Shown here: in pieces, positions 18,601-33,010 of the stretch | How the letters are laid out: every line of letters starts with the position of its first letter | Position numbering within the stretch: position 1 is the stretch's first letter | Source of the DNA: the human T2T-CHM13v2.0 reference genome, Homo sapiens | Direction: 5' to 3' (one strand) | Length of the DNA: 64,000 nucleotides | Assembly (NCBI RefSeq): GCF_009914755.1 | Contig: NC_060928.1 | Made by a program: the position numbers and the translations under genes | Notes under the pieces: generated by a model | The model's database searches: none | Told to the model about the DNA's origin: nothing | Seen by the model: only the letters and a program-made list of their open reading frames with translations

Positions 18601-19613
18601 ACCTTTGGCAGATGGTTTTGGTGACAAGATCAAGGCCAAACGGGGCCATAGCCAAGCCCAGTGGGGAATGGGTTTGAACCTAGGAGCACAATTGGCAGCC
18701 CTGCTACCTGGTTATTGGTCTGCACTCTCAAATCAGCCTTCCTCGGTTTTAGGCTCCACCAGGATCTCAAAACCTCCTACTTAAATTCTAAGGCTCTCAC
18801 AGAGAGACTTTTTTCTGTAGATGGGTGTAGAATTCTTGTTGTTGTTGGGGGATATGAGCACGTTATATTCTATTCTGTCATCTTGCCAATGTCACTATAG
18901 CCCAACCCAAGTTTTAAGAGAGCATATGTCTACCCATCTAAAGACTACAATTCACAGGCCTTTCGAAGCTAGGCCATATGACTGTGTTCTGGTAAATCAG
19001 GTGTATGAAAACAAGTATACAACTTCTGCACATAGGACCCACATCTCTAGTAATGAGGATGTGAGGTAAGAAAGAGATCTGAGAGAAGCAGGCAAGAGGT
19101 CAGAGATACAGCCAAATGGACTGCACTAAGGTTAGTCCCCAGGGAAAAATTTTAGCTCCAGTGTGGGAAACTTGTGTACTATTAGCAAATCAAGGCAGAA
19201 GCCAGATCATAGGCAAGTTCTGGAATAGTAAGACCAATATAATCAGACTAAAACAGTTCAGAATAATTGAATTTAGAAGGCAAACAAAGCTAAAGACAGT
19301 AAGATTAATTTCAACACTATGTAGTAGTAGTTCTTGATGCTGGCTTTCATAGGGACTGTCAGACTCTGAAAGAGGATGAAATTGTAGTTCAAAGATGCTC
19401 AGGAGAATTGCGTGAGCAACGCTGGGGAGTTAGGGATTGGAAGCACAGGTGAGACTAAAACACAAAGGGAAAAAGTCACCAAAGCCTTCAAACCACTTCT
19501 AATGCATTCTATAAGGTTTTATCACCATAAATGCCACTATTGTAAAAAAATAAATAAATAAATAAATAAAAATGGTTTAAACTAGTATTTATTCTTTTTA
19601 AAAAGTAGATGTG

Positions 19614-19954
<341 letters not shown>

Positions 19955-20286
19955 TTAAGTTAATATCTGATGGAACACTACCATTGCCTTTTCCCTCATC
20001 TTAGGTTTGCTGCCTCATCTGTTTTTCTTTGTGTGAGGCTCAAGTCCTGTTACTGGCTCAGAGTGTGTGAAATTTCATCAGGTAAAGTGCAAAATCATTG
20101 CACCCTCTGAAAGAACCTAAGCATTGAAGAAAATAATCTATGATCCATATTACAGATCAGCAGGCCCCAAATCAACTTTCCTCAGTCTCCCAGGGAAGGG
20201 AAGCCTTGCTATGAGTCTTGTGTTTTGTAATTGAAAGTAACACATACTTTCTGTTTCCAATGGTTTTAAATCTTAATGAATATTTC

Positions 20287-20304
20287 GTGTGTGTGTGTGT
20301 GTGT
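20287..20304. repeat. (GT)n microsatellite
   Basis: Visible run. Confidence 0.85.
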
Positions 20305-20327
20305 ATACACACTTTGTTTTAATCTGA

Positions 20328-20719
<392 letters not shown>

Positions 20720-20868
20720 TTATTATGTTAATTTAGAAAACTAAAGCCAAAAATATCAACCTTAAGTAGTCTTTCTTCAATAGTGAATGGATTCAGCCCA
20801 AATATGAAATATTACAGTGTCATACAAAGCCAATAACTTTGCAAAAGAGTTTATAATAAAAAAAAATA

Positions 20869-21194
<326 letters not shown>

Positions 21195-21329
21195 TTAATC
21201 CAAATAAAAACAATAAGCCTATTAGAAAGTTTTTGAGAGAAAAATAAGTTTAGAAATGTAGTAAATGGAATCAAAATAAACCAAACTGTTTTAGTCTCAT
21301 GTTTGGAAAACATTTTTAATTGTAAAAGT

Positions 21330-22740
21330 AAGACAATACATCCTTAAAAGTCACCAGAACCAGATGGCTCTACAGGTGACATTTTTTAAAAAGTTCAAAG
21401 AATGTGTAAGTCCTCTGTTACAAAAACTTATCAGAATATTAAAAAGAAATAAAACATATTAGCACAGTGTTAAAACTAGCTTAACACTTATTTAAAAACC
21501 AGACTCAGTTGGTACAAAGAAAGAAAATAGCTTGGGAGGCCAAGGCAGGTGGATCGCGAGGTCAGGAGATCAAGACCATCCTGGCTAACACGGTGAAACC
21601 CTGTCTCTACTAAAAATACAAAAAATTAGCCGGGCGTGGTGGTGGGTGCCTGTAGTCGCAGCTACTCAGGAGGCTGAGGCAGGAGGATGACGTGAACTTG
21701 GGAGGCGGAGCTTGCAGTGAGCCCAGATCGCGCCACTGCACTCCAGCCTGGGCGACAGGGCAAGACTCAGTCTCAAAAAAAAGAAAATAGCAAGTTAATC
21801 TTACTTTAAATACAGATGCGGAAGTTCTAAATAAAATGTCAGCAAATCCCTATCATAAATAAAGTGTTAGCAAATCAAATTCAGTAGTGTTCTGACCGAA
21901 TATTACATCATAACTACATAGAATTTAGTCTAAAACTGCAAAAATATGGTTCAAAATGTTAAAAAAACTACCAATTGTGATAATAAAGAATAAAGGCCAT
22001 ATGATTATCTTAATCGCTGCTAAAAAGTATTTACTAAAATTCAGCACTCATTCCTCGTTTTAAACTAACACACACACACAACAAAGCACAAACTAAGAGC
22101 AGCAGCAACCACTGAAAAACGGCAGAAAGTCCCATGACGAAATATGAAATATACAAATCAATGATTTTCCTATGTAGCAGCAGTAACCAGTTAGAAGGAA
22201 AATGATCCCAATAATAACAGCAACAACAATACAAGTGCAAGATGTACATGAAGGAAACCATTAACTTCACTTAACTTCAATGAAAATTTGATAAGTGAAG
22301 TAATATATCATGTTTCTAGAATGGAACATACAATATTATAAATATGTCAATACTCTGAATTAATTTACAAATTGAATGCACTTCCATTGAAAATATTAAC
22401 AGGATTTTTTTAACAGAAGTTATAAGCTAATTCTCAATTTCATAATAGAGTTTTGGAAAACAGTAATGAGAAAACCTGGACTACCAGATATCAAAATACA
22501 CTATCAGCACATCAAATTCAAGACAAAATTAAGACACAAATACACAAATAGATTATTGGCCAGACAAAAAGTAAGAAAAACAGATTTGCATATACATGAA
22601 AGTGATATACCTAATCAATGACCAAAAATTAGACTCTTCATCATATGGTGTTGCAACAATTGGCTATCCTCTTGGAGAAAAGGGAAAGTAGGTCCTTAGT
22701 CTATCCCACTTACGGAAGTAAATTACAGATAATTAAACAA
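21330..22740 (+). mobile_element. Highly decayed L1 ORF2 fragments (L1M/L1ME-like)
   Basis: A-rich sequence with ORF2-like remnants (ccagaaccagatggctctacaggtga; ggccatatgattatcttaat). Confidence 0.6.
21532..21779 (+). mobile_element. 5'-truncated AluY-like element
   Basis: gagatcaagaccatcctggctaacacgg and ggcggagcttgcag diagnostics; TSD aaagaaaatagc at 21520-21531 and 21780-21791. Confidence 0.9.
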
Positions 22741-22769
22741 TCAAGGTATCAAAGTGTAGCCTCAGTCAC

Positions 22770-23157
22770 CTCAGGGATCAATTGGAGAAAAACCCACATT
22801 CAAGATCACACACATCGTTTGTAGCAGGATGTGGCTTCCTGTGGACTGCTGGGATGAGGTCCTCATTTCCTTATTAGCTGTCTTTGCTACTTGGGCCTTT
22901 CCAAAAGGCAGCTCACAGCATGGCAGCAGGCCTCATCATAGTGAGCAAATGAGAGACAGCCAGAGAGAGGTCCAGCAAGATGTCACATTTTTTGTAATCT
23001 AATCTCAGAAATGAAATCCCATCATTTTGTAAATATTCTGTTTGTTAGAGGTAAATCCTTAGGTTCATCCCAGATTCAAGGGCAGGTGATTAGACTAGGG
23101 TGTGGATACTGGGAGGAAAGGATCACTAAGTTCTATTTTAGGAGGTAGCCTGCCACA
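22770..23157 (-). mobile_element. MLT1 (E/F-like) LTR fragment
   Basis: ggcagctcacagcatggcagc... and gatcactaagttctattttaggaggtagcctgccaca end. Confidence 0.55.
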
Positions 23158-23309
23158 ATAAGCAATGGTTACAAATGGGAGATTCTTAGAAGAGGGAAAT
23201 GAAAGCCCAGCAAACTTAAAACACAGTAGAGGAGCTCAGATTGTCCAGAGAATTCAAATAAAAACAACATTTCATTTTTCTTCCGTTTAACTGGCAGAAT
23301 GTAAGCTCT

Positions 23310-23535
23310 AGGGTCATGTTGCCTGAGTTAGTATTCCAGCTTCACCATTTCCCAACTGTGTTACTTTGAGCATTTGCTTAATTTCCCTGGCATCTATTTC
23401 CTCACCTGTAAACAGAAGATAAAAATAGTACCTACCACACAGCAGTGTTTTGATGAATAAGTAAGTTGATATATGCAGAGCACTTAGTGCCTGAGACATA
23501 GTAAGTGCTCAATAAATACTTTTAAAATATCATTG
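23310..23535 (+). mobile_element. MIR SINE
   Basis: MIR core tttcctcacctgtaaa and gcacttagtgcctgagacatagtaagtgctcaataaat. Confidence 0.8.
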
Positions 23536-23645
23536 TTATCCAAGGCATAGAAAAATCACATACATTGCTGGTTAAGAATATGAATTTGTGAAGTATTTTT
23601 GGCTATGATTTGAGAGACTCTTTTATTATACTAGTTAATAGTATA

Positions 23646-23849
23646 TAGTAAACCCTCACTTAACATCATGGACAAATTTCTGGAAATGGTGACTTTAAGT
23701 GAAACAACGTATAGCAAGTCGTTGAATAAGATTTCCTTCGGTGATGTTACATTATAACACTGATGAGAAAAAAAATTGGTTTTGTTATATGTTGTTTCCC
23801 TTAAAATTGAAGTTTCCAAGAACCTATCAATGACACTGAGGACTTACTG
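23646..23849. mobile_element. MER6B-like Tigger MITE
   Basis: TIRs tagtaaaccctca / tgaggacttactg with TA TSDs. Confidence 0.75.
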
Positions 23850-24647
23850 TATTCCCTTCCAAGCAGCGATTCTACTTGTCTAGAGTTATAGTCACACAGT
23901 TGCTTGAAAATATATGTTTAAGAATTTTTGTTTGTAATAAAGAAAAATTTTTTATCAAAATGTTCATCAGTAGAGAAAGGGTAAACATAATCTGATGCAA
24001 TTTCATACTTTGCAATTCTTTACAGCAGTTAAAACTTTTTTTAATGTAGCAATCAAAGGCCTAAAGTTACAAAATATACAGCAAACATTGAAACCTGTCA
24101 TCAAAGTGCTTAACATTTGTTGAATGAATGAATGATTACATTAAAAAGTAATTCTATATATAGTGAAATGGAAAGGCTGCTAAGAAATATCATTACTGAA
24201 AAAAATGAAGTGCAGAATAGTGTTCAGTGTGGTACTATATATACAAATGACCACAATTAACCCATGTGTAGATAAATGGCTTAAACAAGGAACTGGAAAG
24301 ATTCATGCCAAACTGATAAGGAATATTAGCTCTGAGGAAAAAACTAAGATCTCAGGTTTTGGTGAAGGGAGCCTGTCTATTCATTTATTGTTTGATATTT
24401 TACAAATTTTTATGTATTCTATATTGTATAATTTTTAAGTAAATACATATATTTATTATTTAAAGTGTAGAAAATTATTAAAAAAATTAAAATGTCCATA
24501 AACCACTGCACAGAGACTTAGCATTTAGTGATATAGTCTAGTTTTCTTTACACATATAACTGTATGTGTGTTTGTAACTATATATGTATGTATGCATATA
24601 AGAATCTTATAATTTCAAGAAAAGGTATAAAAGCTCCATTACCACTT

Positions 24648-27331
24648 TGCTACAGACTGAATGTGTTCCTCCAAAATTCATATGTGAAACCCTAATCCCC
24701 AATGTGATGGTATTTAGAGATGTGGACTTTGGGAGGTGCAATGGTTTGAATGTGTCCCCTCCAAAATTTAGGTAGTGCCAATGTGGCAGTATTAAGTGAA
24801 AAGTCATTAGGCCATGAGGGTTTCTCCCTTGTGAGTGGGATTAGGTTCCCTTACAAAGGAGCTTGACGGAGGGAGTTGGCCCTCTCTTGCTCTTTAGTCA
24901 GCGGCCATGTGAAGATGTTGGCATCTTGGTCTTGGACTTAGCCTCAAGAACTATAAGAAATAAATTTCTGTTAATTGTAAATCACCCAATCTGTGGTATC
25001 CTGTTATAGTAGCACAAAACAGATTAAGGCAGAAATTGGTACATAGGGTGTTGCTGTAACACATACCTAAAACTGTGTTAGCAGCTTTGGAATTGGGTAA
25101 TAACTAGAAGCAGGAACAATTTTGAAGTGAACATGAGGAAAAGCTGTCTTGCTGTGAACACAGCATTAAGGGTGATTCTGGTGAGGGCTCAGAAGAAGAA
25201 AGCTCTAAGGAAAGCCTCATTCTTTTTAGAGATGAGTTAAATTATTATAAACACAATGTTGGTAGAAATATGGACAGTAAAGGCCATTCTGATGAGGTCT
25301 CAGAAATGAGGAACAAGGTATTGGAAGCTGCAAGAAAGCTCATTCTTGTCATAAAGTGGCTAAGAAAATGGCTGAATTTGTCTATGTCCTAGGACTTTAT
25401 GGAAGGCAAAACTTAGCAATAAACTAGGATATTTGCAAAAGAAAACATTAAGCAATCAAGTGTTCAGGATGCTGTGTGTCTTCTCTTAACCACTTATAGT
25501 GAAATGCGAGAAGAAAGAAACAATTTAAAGACAAAATGTATAACCAAAAGGGAAGCAGAATGTAAACCTTTGGAAAATTATCCTGGCCATGTAAAGAATA
25601 AAAAACGTGTTTGGGCCAAGGATGTGGCCCAAGTGACCATTTTGTAAAGAAAGCAGTATAGATATATGGAAGCCACATGCTATTCATCAAGTCAATGGGA
25701 GAATGACCCTTAAGGCATTTTAGAGAGCTTCAAGACTGCTGCTCCCATCACAGGCCAGAGTGCTAGGTCCTTGAGGGAAGAATGGCTTAAAGGGAGGGGC
25801 CCAGGAACAACTGGGGCCTCAGGGCTCACTGCCCAGGGCCACCTCACTGTCTGTTCCCTGAATTCTTGTGCAGTGCTCCTCAGCTGCACCACCTGTGGCT
25901 CAAGCAGACCTAGATGCTGCTCGGGTCACTTCTCTGGAATGTGCAAGTGGTGTACCTTGGAAGCATCTACGTGGTGCAAATTCTGCAGCCCCAAAAAGCA
26001 AAACAGCTGTGGAGTCATGGCTTCCTCCACTTAGATTTCAAAAGATACCTTGGACAGTTTCGGGGCCCAGGCTGAGACATAGCACCGTGGCAGAGCTGCC
26101 ACAGAAAGTCCCCATTAGGGTAATGCCTAGTAGAGTTGCAAGCAGGGTTGTCCCTGTACCCCAGACCTGTAGAGATACCAGCATGCAGCAACAACCTGGA
26201 AAAGCTGTAGGCATGAAATTTCAATGCATGAGATCTGAAGCATTAGCTGTACTCAGCAAAGCTATGAGGATGGGGTGGGGCTATCCTGGGGACTTGGGGC
26301 CCAACCCCTGCCCCAGAGTGTCTAGAAGGTAGGATATGAAGCCTAAGAAGATTATTCTAAGCTTTAAGATTTAATGTTGCCTGCTCTGTTGTGTTTTGGA
26401 CTTACTTGGGATGTGTTACTCCTTTCTTCTTTTCTATTCTCAATTTTGGAATGGAAACGTCTTTCCTATGACTGTCCCATCACAGTATTTTGGAAACACA
26501 TAACTTGTTTGATTGCACAGGCTTACAGTTGGAGGGAAATTTGCCTCCAAATTTCCAAATTTTCCATCACCATATAAGGATGAATTACACCTTCAGTCTC
26601 ACCCATATGATGTTTAGATGAAACTTTGAACTAGGCTTTAAAGTTGATGCTGGAATGAATTAAGAATTTTGGGAGCTATTGGGATTAAATGAATGTATTT
26701 TGTATATGAGAAGAACATGAATTTTGGGGTGTCAGGGATAGAATGCTATGACTTAAATGAATCTTCTCCAAAATTCAGGTTTTGCCAGTGTGATAGTATT
26801 AAGAAGTGGTACTTTAAGAGGTGATTAGGCCATGAGGGCTCCTCTGTTGTGAATGGGATTAGGTTCCCTTATAAAGGAGCTTGATGGAGGGAGTTGGTTC
26901 TCTCTTGCTCTTTTGTCTTCTGCCATGTGAGAATGCTGCATCTTGATCTTGGACTTCTCAGCCTCAAAAACTATGAAAAATAAATTTGTATTATTTATAA
27001 ATCACCCATTCTATGGTATTCTGTTATAGCAGCACAAAACATGTTAAGACAGGAAAAATTAGAAGTATGGAGCCCTCTTGATGGGATTAGTGACCACATA
27101 AGAAAAGTCAGAGAGAGATTGCTTTTTCCCCCTCTCCTCTTCACCATGTGTGGTCACAATAAGAGAGTGACCATCTGCAAACCAGGAAGGGGAGCCCTCA
27201 CTGGACATCTGATCTGATGGCAACTTGATCTTGGACTTCTTAAGCCTCCAAAACTGTGCAAAATAAGTGTTTGTTGTTTAAGCCACCCAGTCTATGGTAT
27301 TTTTTTATAGAAGGCTGAACAGACAAAGACA
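24648..27331 (+). mobile_element. MLT1A/MSTD-type solo LTR interrupted by an MST provirus
   Basis: tgctacagactgaatgtgttcctccaaaattca...gggagg, resuming at 27052 through to agacaaagaca. Confidence 0.75.
24737..27051 (+). mobile_element. MSTC-like MaLR provirus (LTR 24737-25031, internal, LTR 26744-27051)
   Basis: Two direct-repeat LTRs around an MST-int-type interior starting gaaattggtac; degenerate TSD ggagg/ggaaa. Confidence 0.85.
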
Positions 27332-28323
27332 TACTCTGAACTAATATGTTTTTCACCTTCTCACTGATGTTTCTTTTGCCTAGAATCATGTTAATTTCCA
27401 CCATTATTTAAAAATCCCTCCTTGTACCTGATCCCAGCTATTCTCTCCTTCACTCCTTATCTTTGCTGTCACTTGTCCTTCTGCTAATTAAATTATTTTA
27501 AACAAAACTTGCCACATTTCAGAAGTTAGCCCTCTCAACAATATTTTGATAGAAACATGCCCCACTTTTTGTATTTGTCCAAGCTTTCATGACCCACATA
27601 TCTTCTGTTACACATTTATTTAAAAGTTAAATTTGGAGACTTCCTCATAGAGCCAGAAAGGCTTTCTTTACTTTGCTCCTGCTACATCCTCAGTCTTGAT
27701 GTCCTCTTCATCAAGATTCTTCGTGGCCATCTTTTGATAGGGAAGGTGTCTGAATTAGTCCATTTTCACAGTGCTATAAAGAACTACCTGAGACTGGGTA
27801 ATTTATGAAGAAAAGAGGTTTAATTGACTCACAGTTCTGCAGGTTTAACAGGAAATATGACTGGGAGGCATCAGGAAACTTACAATCATGGTGGAAGAAG
27901 AAGGGAAAGCAAGCACATCTAACCATGGCACAAGCACATCTTACCATGGAAGAGCAGGAAAGATACAAAGATAGCACAAAGTGGGGAAGTTCCACACACT
28001 TTCCAACAACCAGATCTCATGAGGACTCACTATCATGAGAAAAGCGAGGGGGAAGTCTGCCCCAGTGATTCAATCCCTCTCACCAGGTCCCTGCCCTGAC
28101 ATGTGGGGATTATAATTAGAGATGAGACTTGAGTGGGGACACAAAGACAAACCATATCATTCTGCCCCAGCCCCTCCCAAATCTCATGTCCTTCTCACAT
28201 TTCAAAACACAATCATGCCTTCCCAACAGTCCCCCAAAGTCTTAACTCATTCCAGAGTTAACCCAAAATCTCAAGTCCAAAGTTTCATCTGAGACAAGGC
28301 AAGTCTCTTCTTCTATGAGCCTG

Positions 28324-28374
28324 TAAAATAAAATAAAATAAAATAAAATAAAATAAAATAAAATAAAATAAAAA
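28324..28374. repeat. (TAAAA)n microsatellite inside THE1-int
   Basis: About 10 perfect units. Confidence 0.95.
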
Positions 28375-28932
28375 CAAGTTAGTGACTTCCAAGATACAAT
28401 GGGGGCACAGGCATTGAATAAATGCTCCCATTCCAAATGGGAGAAATTAGCCAAAACAAAGGGGCTACAGGCCCCATGCAGGTGTGAAAGCCAGCAGGGC
28501 AGTCATTAAATCTTAAAGCTCTGAAATAATCTCCTTTGACTCCATGTTTCACATCCAGGCTCCACTCATGTAAGGGGTGGGCTCCAAGGCCTTAGGCTGC
28601 TCTGCCCCTATGGCTCTTCAGGGTACAGTCCCTGCAGCTGTTTGTATGGGCTGACATTGATTGCCTGCAGGCACATGGTGCAAGCTGTCAGTTGATCTAC
28701 CATTCTGGGACCTGGAGGGCAGTGGCCCTCTTCCCACAGCTCCACTAGGCAGTGCTCCAGTGGGGACTCTGTTTGAGGGATCCAACCCCACATTTCCCCT
28801 CCACACTGCCCTACTGGAGGTTTTTCATGAGGGCTCTGCCCCTGCAACAGACTTCTGCATGGACATCCAGGTATTTCCATACATCCTGTGAAATCTAGGT
28901 GGAGATTCCCCAACCTCAACACTAGCTTTCTG

Positions 28933-28945
28933 CACACACACACAT

Positions 28946-28978
<33 letters not shown>
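28933..28978. repeat. (CA)n(GA)n compound microsatellite inside THE1-int
   Basis: Visible. Confidence 0.95.
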
Positions 28979-29381
28979 CCCAACAGCACGTGGAAGCCAC
29001 CAAGTCTTGGGGCTTGCATCCCCTGAATCAATGAACTAAGTTGTACCTTGGCCCCTTTTAGTCTACAGTGGGAGCTGGAGCAGCTGGGATACAGGGTATC
29101 ATATCCTGAGGCTTCACAGAGCGACTGGGCTCTGGGACTGGACCATGAAGGTAATTTTTTCCCCAAGCCTCAGGGCTTGTGATGGGAGGAGCTCAGCAGA
29201 GATCTCTGAAATATCCTGGAGACATTTTCCCTATTGTCTTGGCTATTAACATTCAGCTTCTCTTTAGTTATGCAAATTTCTGCAGCCGTCAGGCTGCAAA
29301 TTTTCCAAACTGTTATGCTCTGCTTTCCTTTTAAACATAAGTTCTAATTTCAGACCATCTCTTTGTAAATACGTATGACTA

Positions 29382-29831
29382 TGTGAACCCTGAGTAACTG
29401 AGATAGGTCTCAGTTAATTTAGAAAGTTTATTTTGCCAAGATTGAGAACACTCACCCATGACACAGCCTCAGGAGGTCCTGATGACATGTGCCCAAGGTG
29501 GTCGGGACACAGCTTGGTTATATACATTTTATGGAGACATGAGACATCAATCAATATATGTAAAATGTACATTGGTTCAGTCCAGAAAGGCAGAACAACT
29601 CAAGTAGGGAGGGTGCTTCCAGGTCACAGGTAGATGAGAGACAAACCGTTGTATTTTTTTGTTTCTGATTAGCCTTTCCAAAGGTGGCAATCAGGTATGC
29701 ATTTACCTCAGTGAGCAGAGAGATAACTTTAAATAGAATGGGAGTCAGGTTTGCCCTAAGTAGTTCCCAGCTTGACTTTTCACTTTTTAACTTAGTAATT
29801 TTGGGGCCCCAAGATTTACCTTCCTTTCACA
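29382..29831 (-). mobile_element. MER4A1-like ERV1 solo LTR inserted in THE1-int
   Basis: Minus-strand start TGTGAAAGGAAGGTAAATCTTGGGGCCCC; TSD acta/actt. Confidence 0.85.
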
Positions 29832-30914
29832 ACTTACACTGATAGGGGCAGTCAGGCCACATCTTCAATGCCTTGCTGCCTAGAAATTTCTCTTGCCAGA
29901 TATCCTAAATCATCTCTCTCAAGTACAAAGTTCCACAGATCTCTAGGGTAGGGGCAAAATGCCACCAGTCTCTTTGCTAAAGCAAAGCAAGAGTGACCTT
30001 TACTACAGTTCTCAATAAGTTCCTTATCTCCATATGAGACCACTTCACCCTGGATTTCACTGTCCACATGAGTGTTATCATTTTGGTCACAACCATTCAG
30101 CAAGTCTCTAGAAAGTTCCAAACTTTCCCACATCTTCCGGCTTCTGAGTGCTCCAAACTGTTCCAACCTCTGCCCATTACCCAGTTCTAAAGCCGTTTCC
30201 TCATTTTCAGTTATCTTTATAACAATGTCCCACTTTCCTGGTACCCATTTTTTGTATTAGTCTATTTTCACACTGCTATAAAGAACTACATGAGACTGGA
30301 TAATTTATGAAGAATAGAGGTTTAATTGACTCAAAATTCTGCAGGCTTAACAGGAAGCCTGTTAAGAGGCCTCGGGAAACTTATAATCATGGTGGAAGGA
30401 GAATTTTCTTTCCAGACTCACTTTTACTTCCGTGGTCAATTTTAAATTTTTGATTGGCACCAAGTAAACAGTTACCATTTCCCTGATTATTCCTGACTTC
30501 TGAGAGAGTTCACATTTTCAACATGGTAATCAAGAATTTGCCTAATAATCTTCGAGCAGACCAAGACTTCCTGCAGGGATCTGCATAGCTGAGGGCCCCC
30601 ATCACCACTCCTTCTTGCTAATTGTGTTTGTTCATGTGTATGTGCTTAATTTGCATTATAATATCTCATTCATTCTGCTATTTAGTTGGATATCAGCAGT
30701 AAACTTCCACAATTGAGCCATTGGGCTTGCTCTCCCCTCATAGCCTCTTTCAAATAATGACCACTGAACTTACAATTTCATATTCATGGATTTACATCCA
30801 GATGTACATCTTATTGGCATGCAATGCTGACCTCTGTTCTCCTACTATACATATTTCTTTTGAAGAATACCCAGTCATTTTTCAAAATGGACAATGAAAT
30901 GTCCTACCCATGGT

Positions 30915-31621
30915 AGGAAAATGAAATCCTAAGGCCCCCAACAAATTGAATGAACACCATGTTGGCCAAAGGGACCCCAGAGAAACCTTGAAAACTGAGT
31001 TCCCAGCCATGATGGGATGGGAGGTCAGACATACCTCATTATATTTTCTCCTTGGGTCTTCCCTAAGAGTTAAAATGAAAGAAACCAGCCCTTTGGAAAG
31101 ACTTGCTGCATCTCTGATATCAACCAACTGTCTAATGCTACCTCTCCCTTTTGCAGTTTCAACAAAACAACTGACCAGCATTCCTTCCTGATAGGAGGCC
31201 AATGACCAGGAGTGCTTCTGGCTGGTTAATGGAGGATGTGCAATGAGGGTTTTTGTGTCCTCTGCTTCAAGCTTTGATGTCAGAGGGCTGAAAATGCCTC
31301 CCTTGGATCATGCTACAATTGCCATTTTCTTTTTTTAACACGGGTCCCAAGGAGAGGCTTCAGCTCAGTTGTAAATGCACGCTTTTCTCCTTTCATAAAT
31401 ATTCATGATTCATCATGTAACTAATTGAATAGGTATATTTGCTCACCTGATTCGGCATAAATCTCTGTCTTATTCTTCTTACCCTTGAGGTGTCTCTTTC
31501 TGGCTTCTGGCCAGAGGCTACACCACCCAGCCTGTCAGAATGGCCACCCTGTAGGCTCAAACCCTTATTGAGAAATAAAGTTCTTTTTTCCAAATGTATA
31601 AACCTCATTCTTCAAGTGACA
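30915..31621 (+). mobile_element. MER4B/C-like ERV1 solo LTR
   Basis: ctaaggcccccaac...ggccaaagggaccccagagaaaccttgaaaactgagttccc; AATAAA near 31573; ends gtgaca. Confidence 0.7.
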
Positions 31622-32606
31622 GTCATATTATAGTTACTGTTTTGGTCCTTAATACAGATCATAATTATTTCCTTGTGTTAAGATTTTAATGTCATTTTGT
31701 CATGTTATGCCACTTATTTCCAATTTGTTTTATATAATGATACACATAGCACATGATACTCATTTATAATACACACAAACAGGAGCATATTGAGATTCTG
31801 ACCCAACACCTCACTTTTGTGGGAGAAGTAGAGGCTTGTAACAATTTATAATTGTTGTAACTCTTAAAAGAAAGGGGTCCCAATCCAGACCCCAAGAAAG
31901 AGTTCTTGGATCTTGCGTGAGAAAGAATTCAGGGCAAGTCCGCAGTGCAAAGCAAAAGCAAGTTTATGAAGAAAGTACAGTGGTGAAAGGACAGCTACTT
32001 CATAGACAGAGTAGGACGTACCTGAAAATAAAAGGAAGAACAAATCCACCCTAGGTACAATGCTTGTATATATGGGGAGATGTGCTCTGCTACAAGGGTT
32101 TGTGATAAAAAAAAATTAGTTTTCTTAATTACTATATTTTGCAAGAATTGATATTATTATCTTTAAAGCAAAATTAGGTATGCCTTCATTCTGAAGATAT
32201 TGGGATATTAGGACACTCCCAAGTCCGGGTCTGTTTAGTAAACATTATTAATCTGCTCCCTTAACCTTAAATATCTAGAGGCTAGGAATACCTTTTTTTC
32301 TGAGAATGCAGCCCAGGAAGCCTCAGCCTCATTTTCCTAGCCCTCACTCAAAATGGAGTCACTCTGGTTTGAATGCCTCTGACATATCTCCCCCTCCCTT
32401 TACAAGAGGATCCTTAATCCTAAGGGTTGCAGAGGGATGAAGATCCATCTTCTGTAACTTCTTCAGGCTGAATGGGGGCGATGATATTCCTGCCTAACTA
32501 TTAGGTTCTCTTGCATTCAGGGTAGAGAGAAGCTCAGTCAGAGAGTGTTGGTATGGTGAAGGTCATTCATAACGCCAAGTTCTGACAAAAGGTGATATCT
32601 GAAAGA

Positions 32607-33010
32607 TTAATAAGTGTCCAATTTAAGAAAGCATTGAGTGAGTGTGTCTTGCATTCCTACACAAAGAATACAACTGCAATATATTCCACAACAGCAAAGC
32701 AAAATAAATAAAATCATTCCAAGTAAACTAAACAGAAAGGCTTTCCAAGAACTGGGCAGTTGTTGGAACCAAGCATATACAGGGTCAACTGATAGTGCAT
32801 CAGTGGCAGAGATATGAGTGTCTACAGCTTTCATAGCCTGGGTAATATTATGTGAATAGTTTGGAGCATACACACAACATTCAGTTTTGATCAAGGAACA
32901 AGTTCCCCCTTGGGCCACTGTTAAAATATCCACATACCCAACAGTTTGTCTGATTATGTAGAGAGGCTAAAGTCTATGCCCATCAGTAAATAAGTTACTG
33001 TCTGCATGAT
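32607..33010 (-). pseudogene. env: env remnant: SU N-terminus joined to the TM C-terminal part
   Basis: QTNCWVCG followed directly (in another frame) by DILTVAQGGTCSLIKTECC (partial ISD, CX6CC) and a hydrophobic anchor. Confidence 0.85.

Larger units (their letters stand above)
27751..30403 (-). mobile_element. THE1D-like MaLR provirus (LTR 27751-28159, internal, truncated LTR 30253-30403)
   Basis: Both LTRs begin tg(a/t)attagtc...gctataaagaactac; THE1-int sequence between them. Confidence 0.9.

Noticed and set aside
18053-18655. 200-aa ORF and overlapping ORFs
   Set aside because: Lie in the old L1MA 5' UTR; chance open frames
20085-20120. KCKIIAPSERT* resembles actin KIKIIAPPERK
   Set aside because: Only ~10 codons, ends in a stop, flanks show no actin similarity; probably coincidence (tblastn would settle it)
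25771-26332. 154-aa and 87-aa ORFs
   Set aside because: Inside the MST internal region; decayed MaLR sequence, not a host gene
32607-32933. Possible co-opted env (syncytin- or suppressyn-like)
   Set aside because: Signal/SU part has a stop and frameshift; fusion peptide and most of SU are deleted; the ORF starts at GTG on the deletion junction
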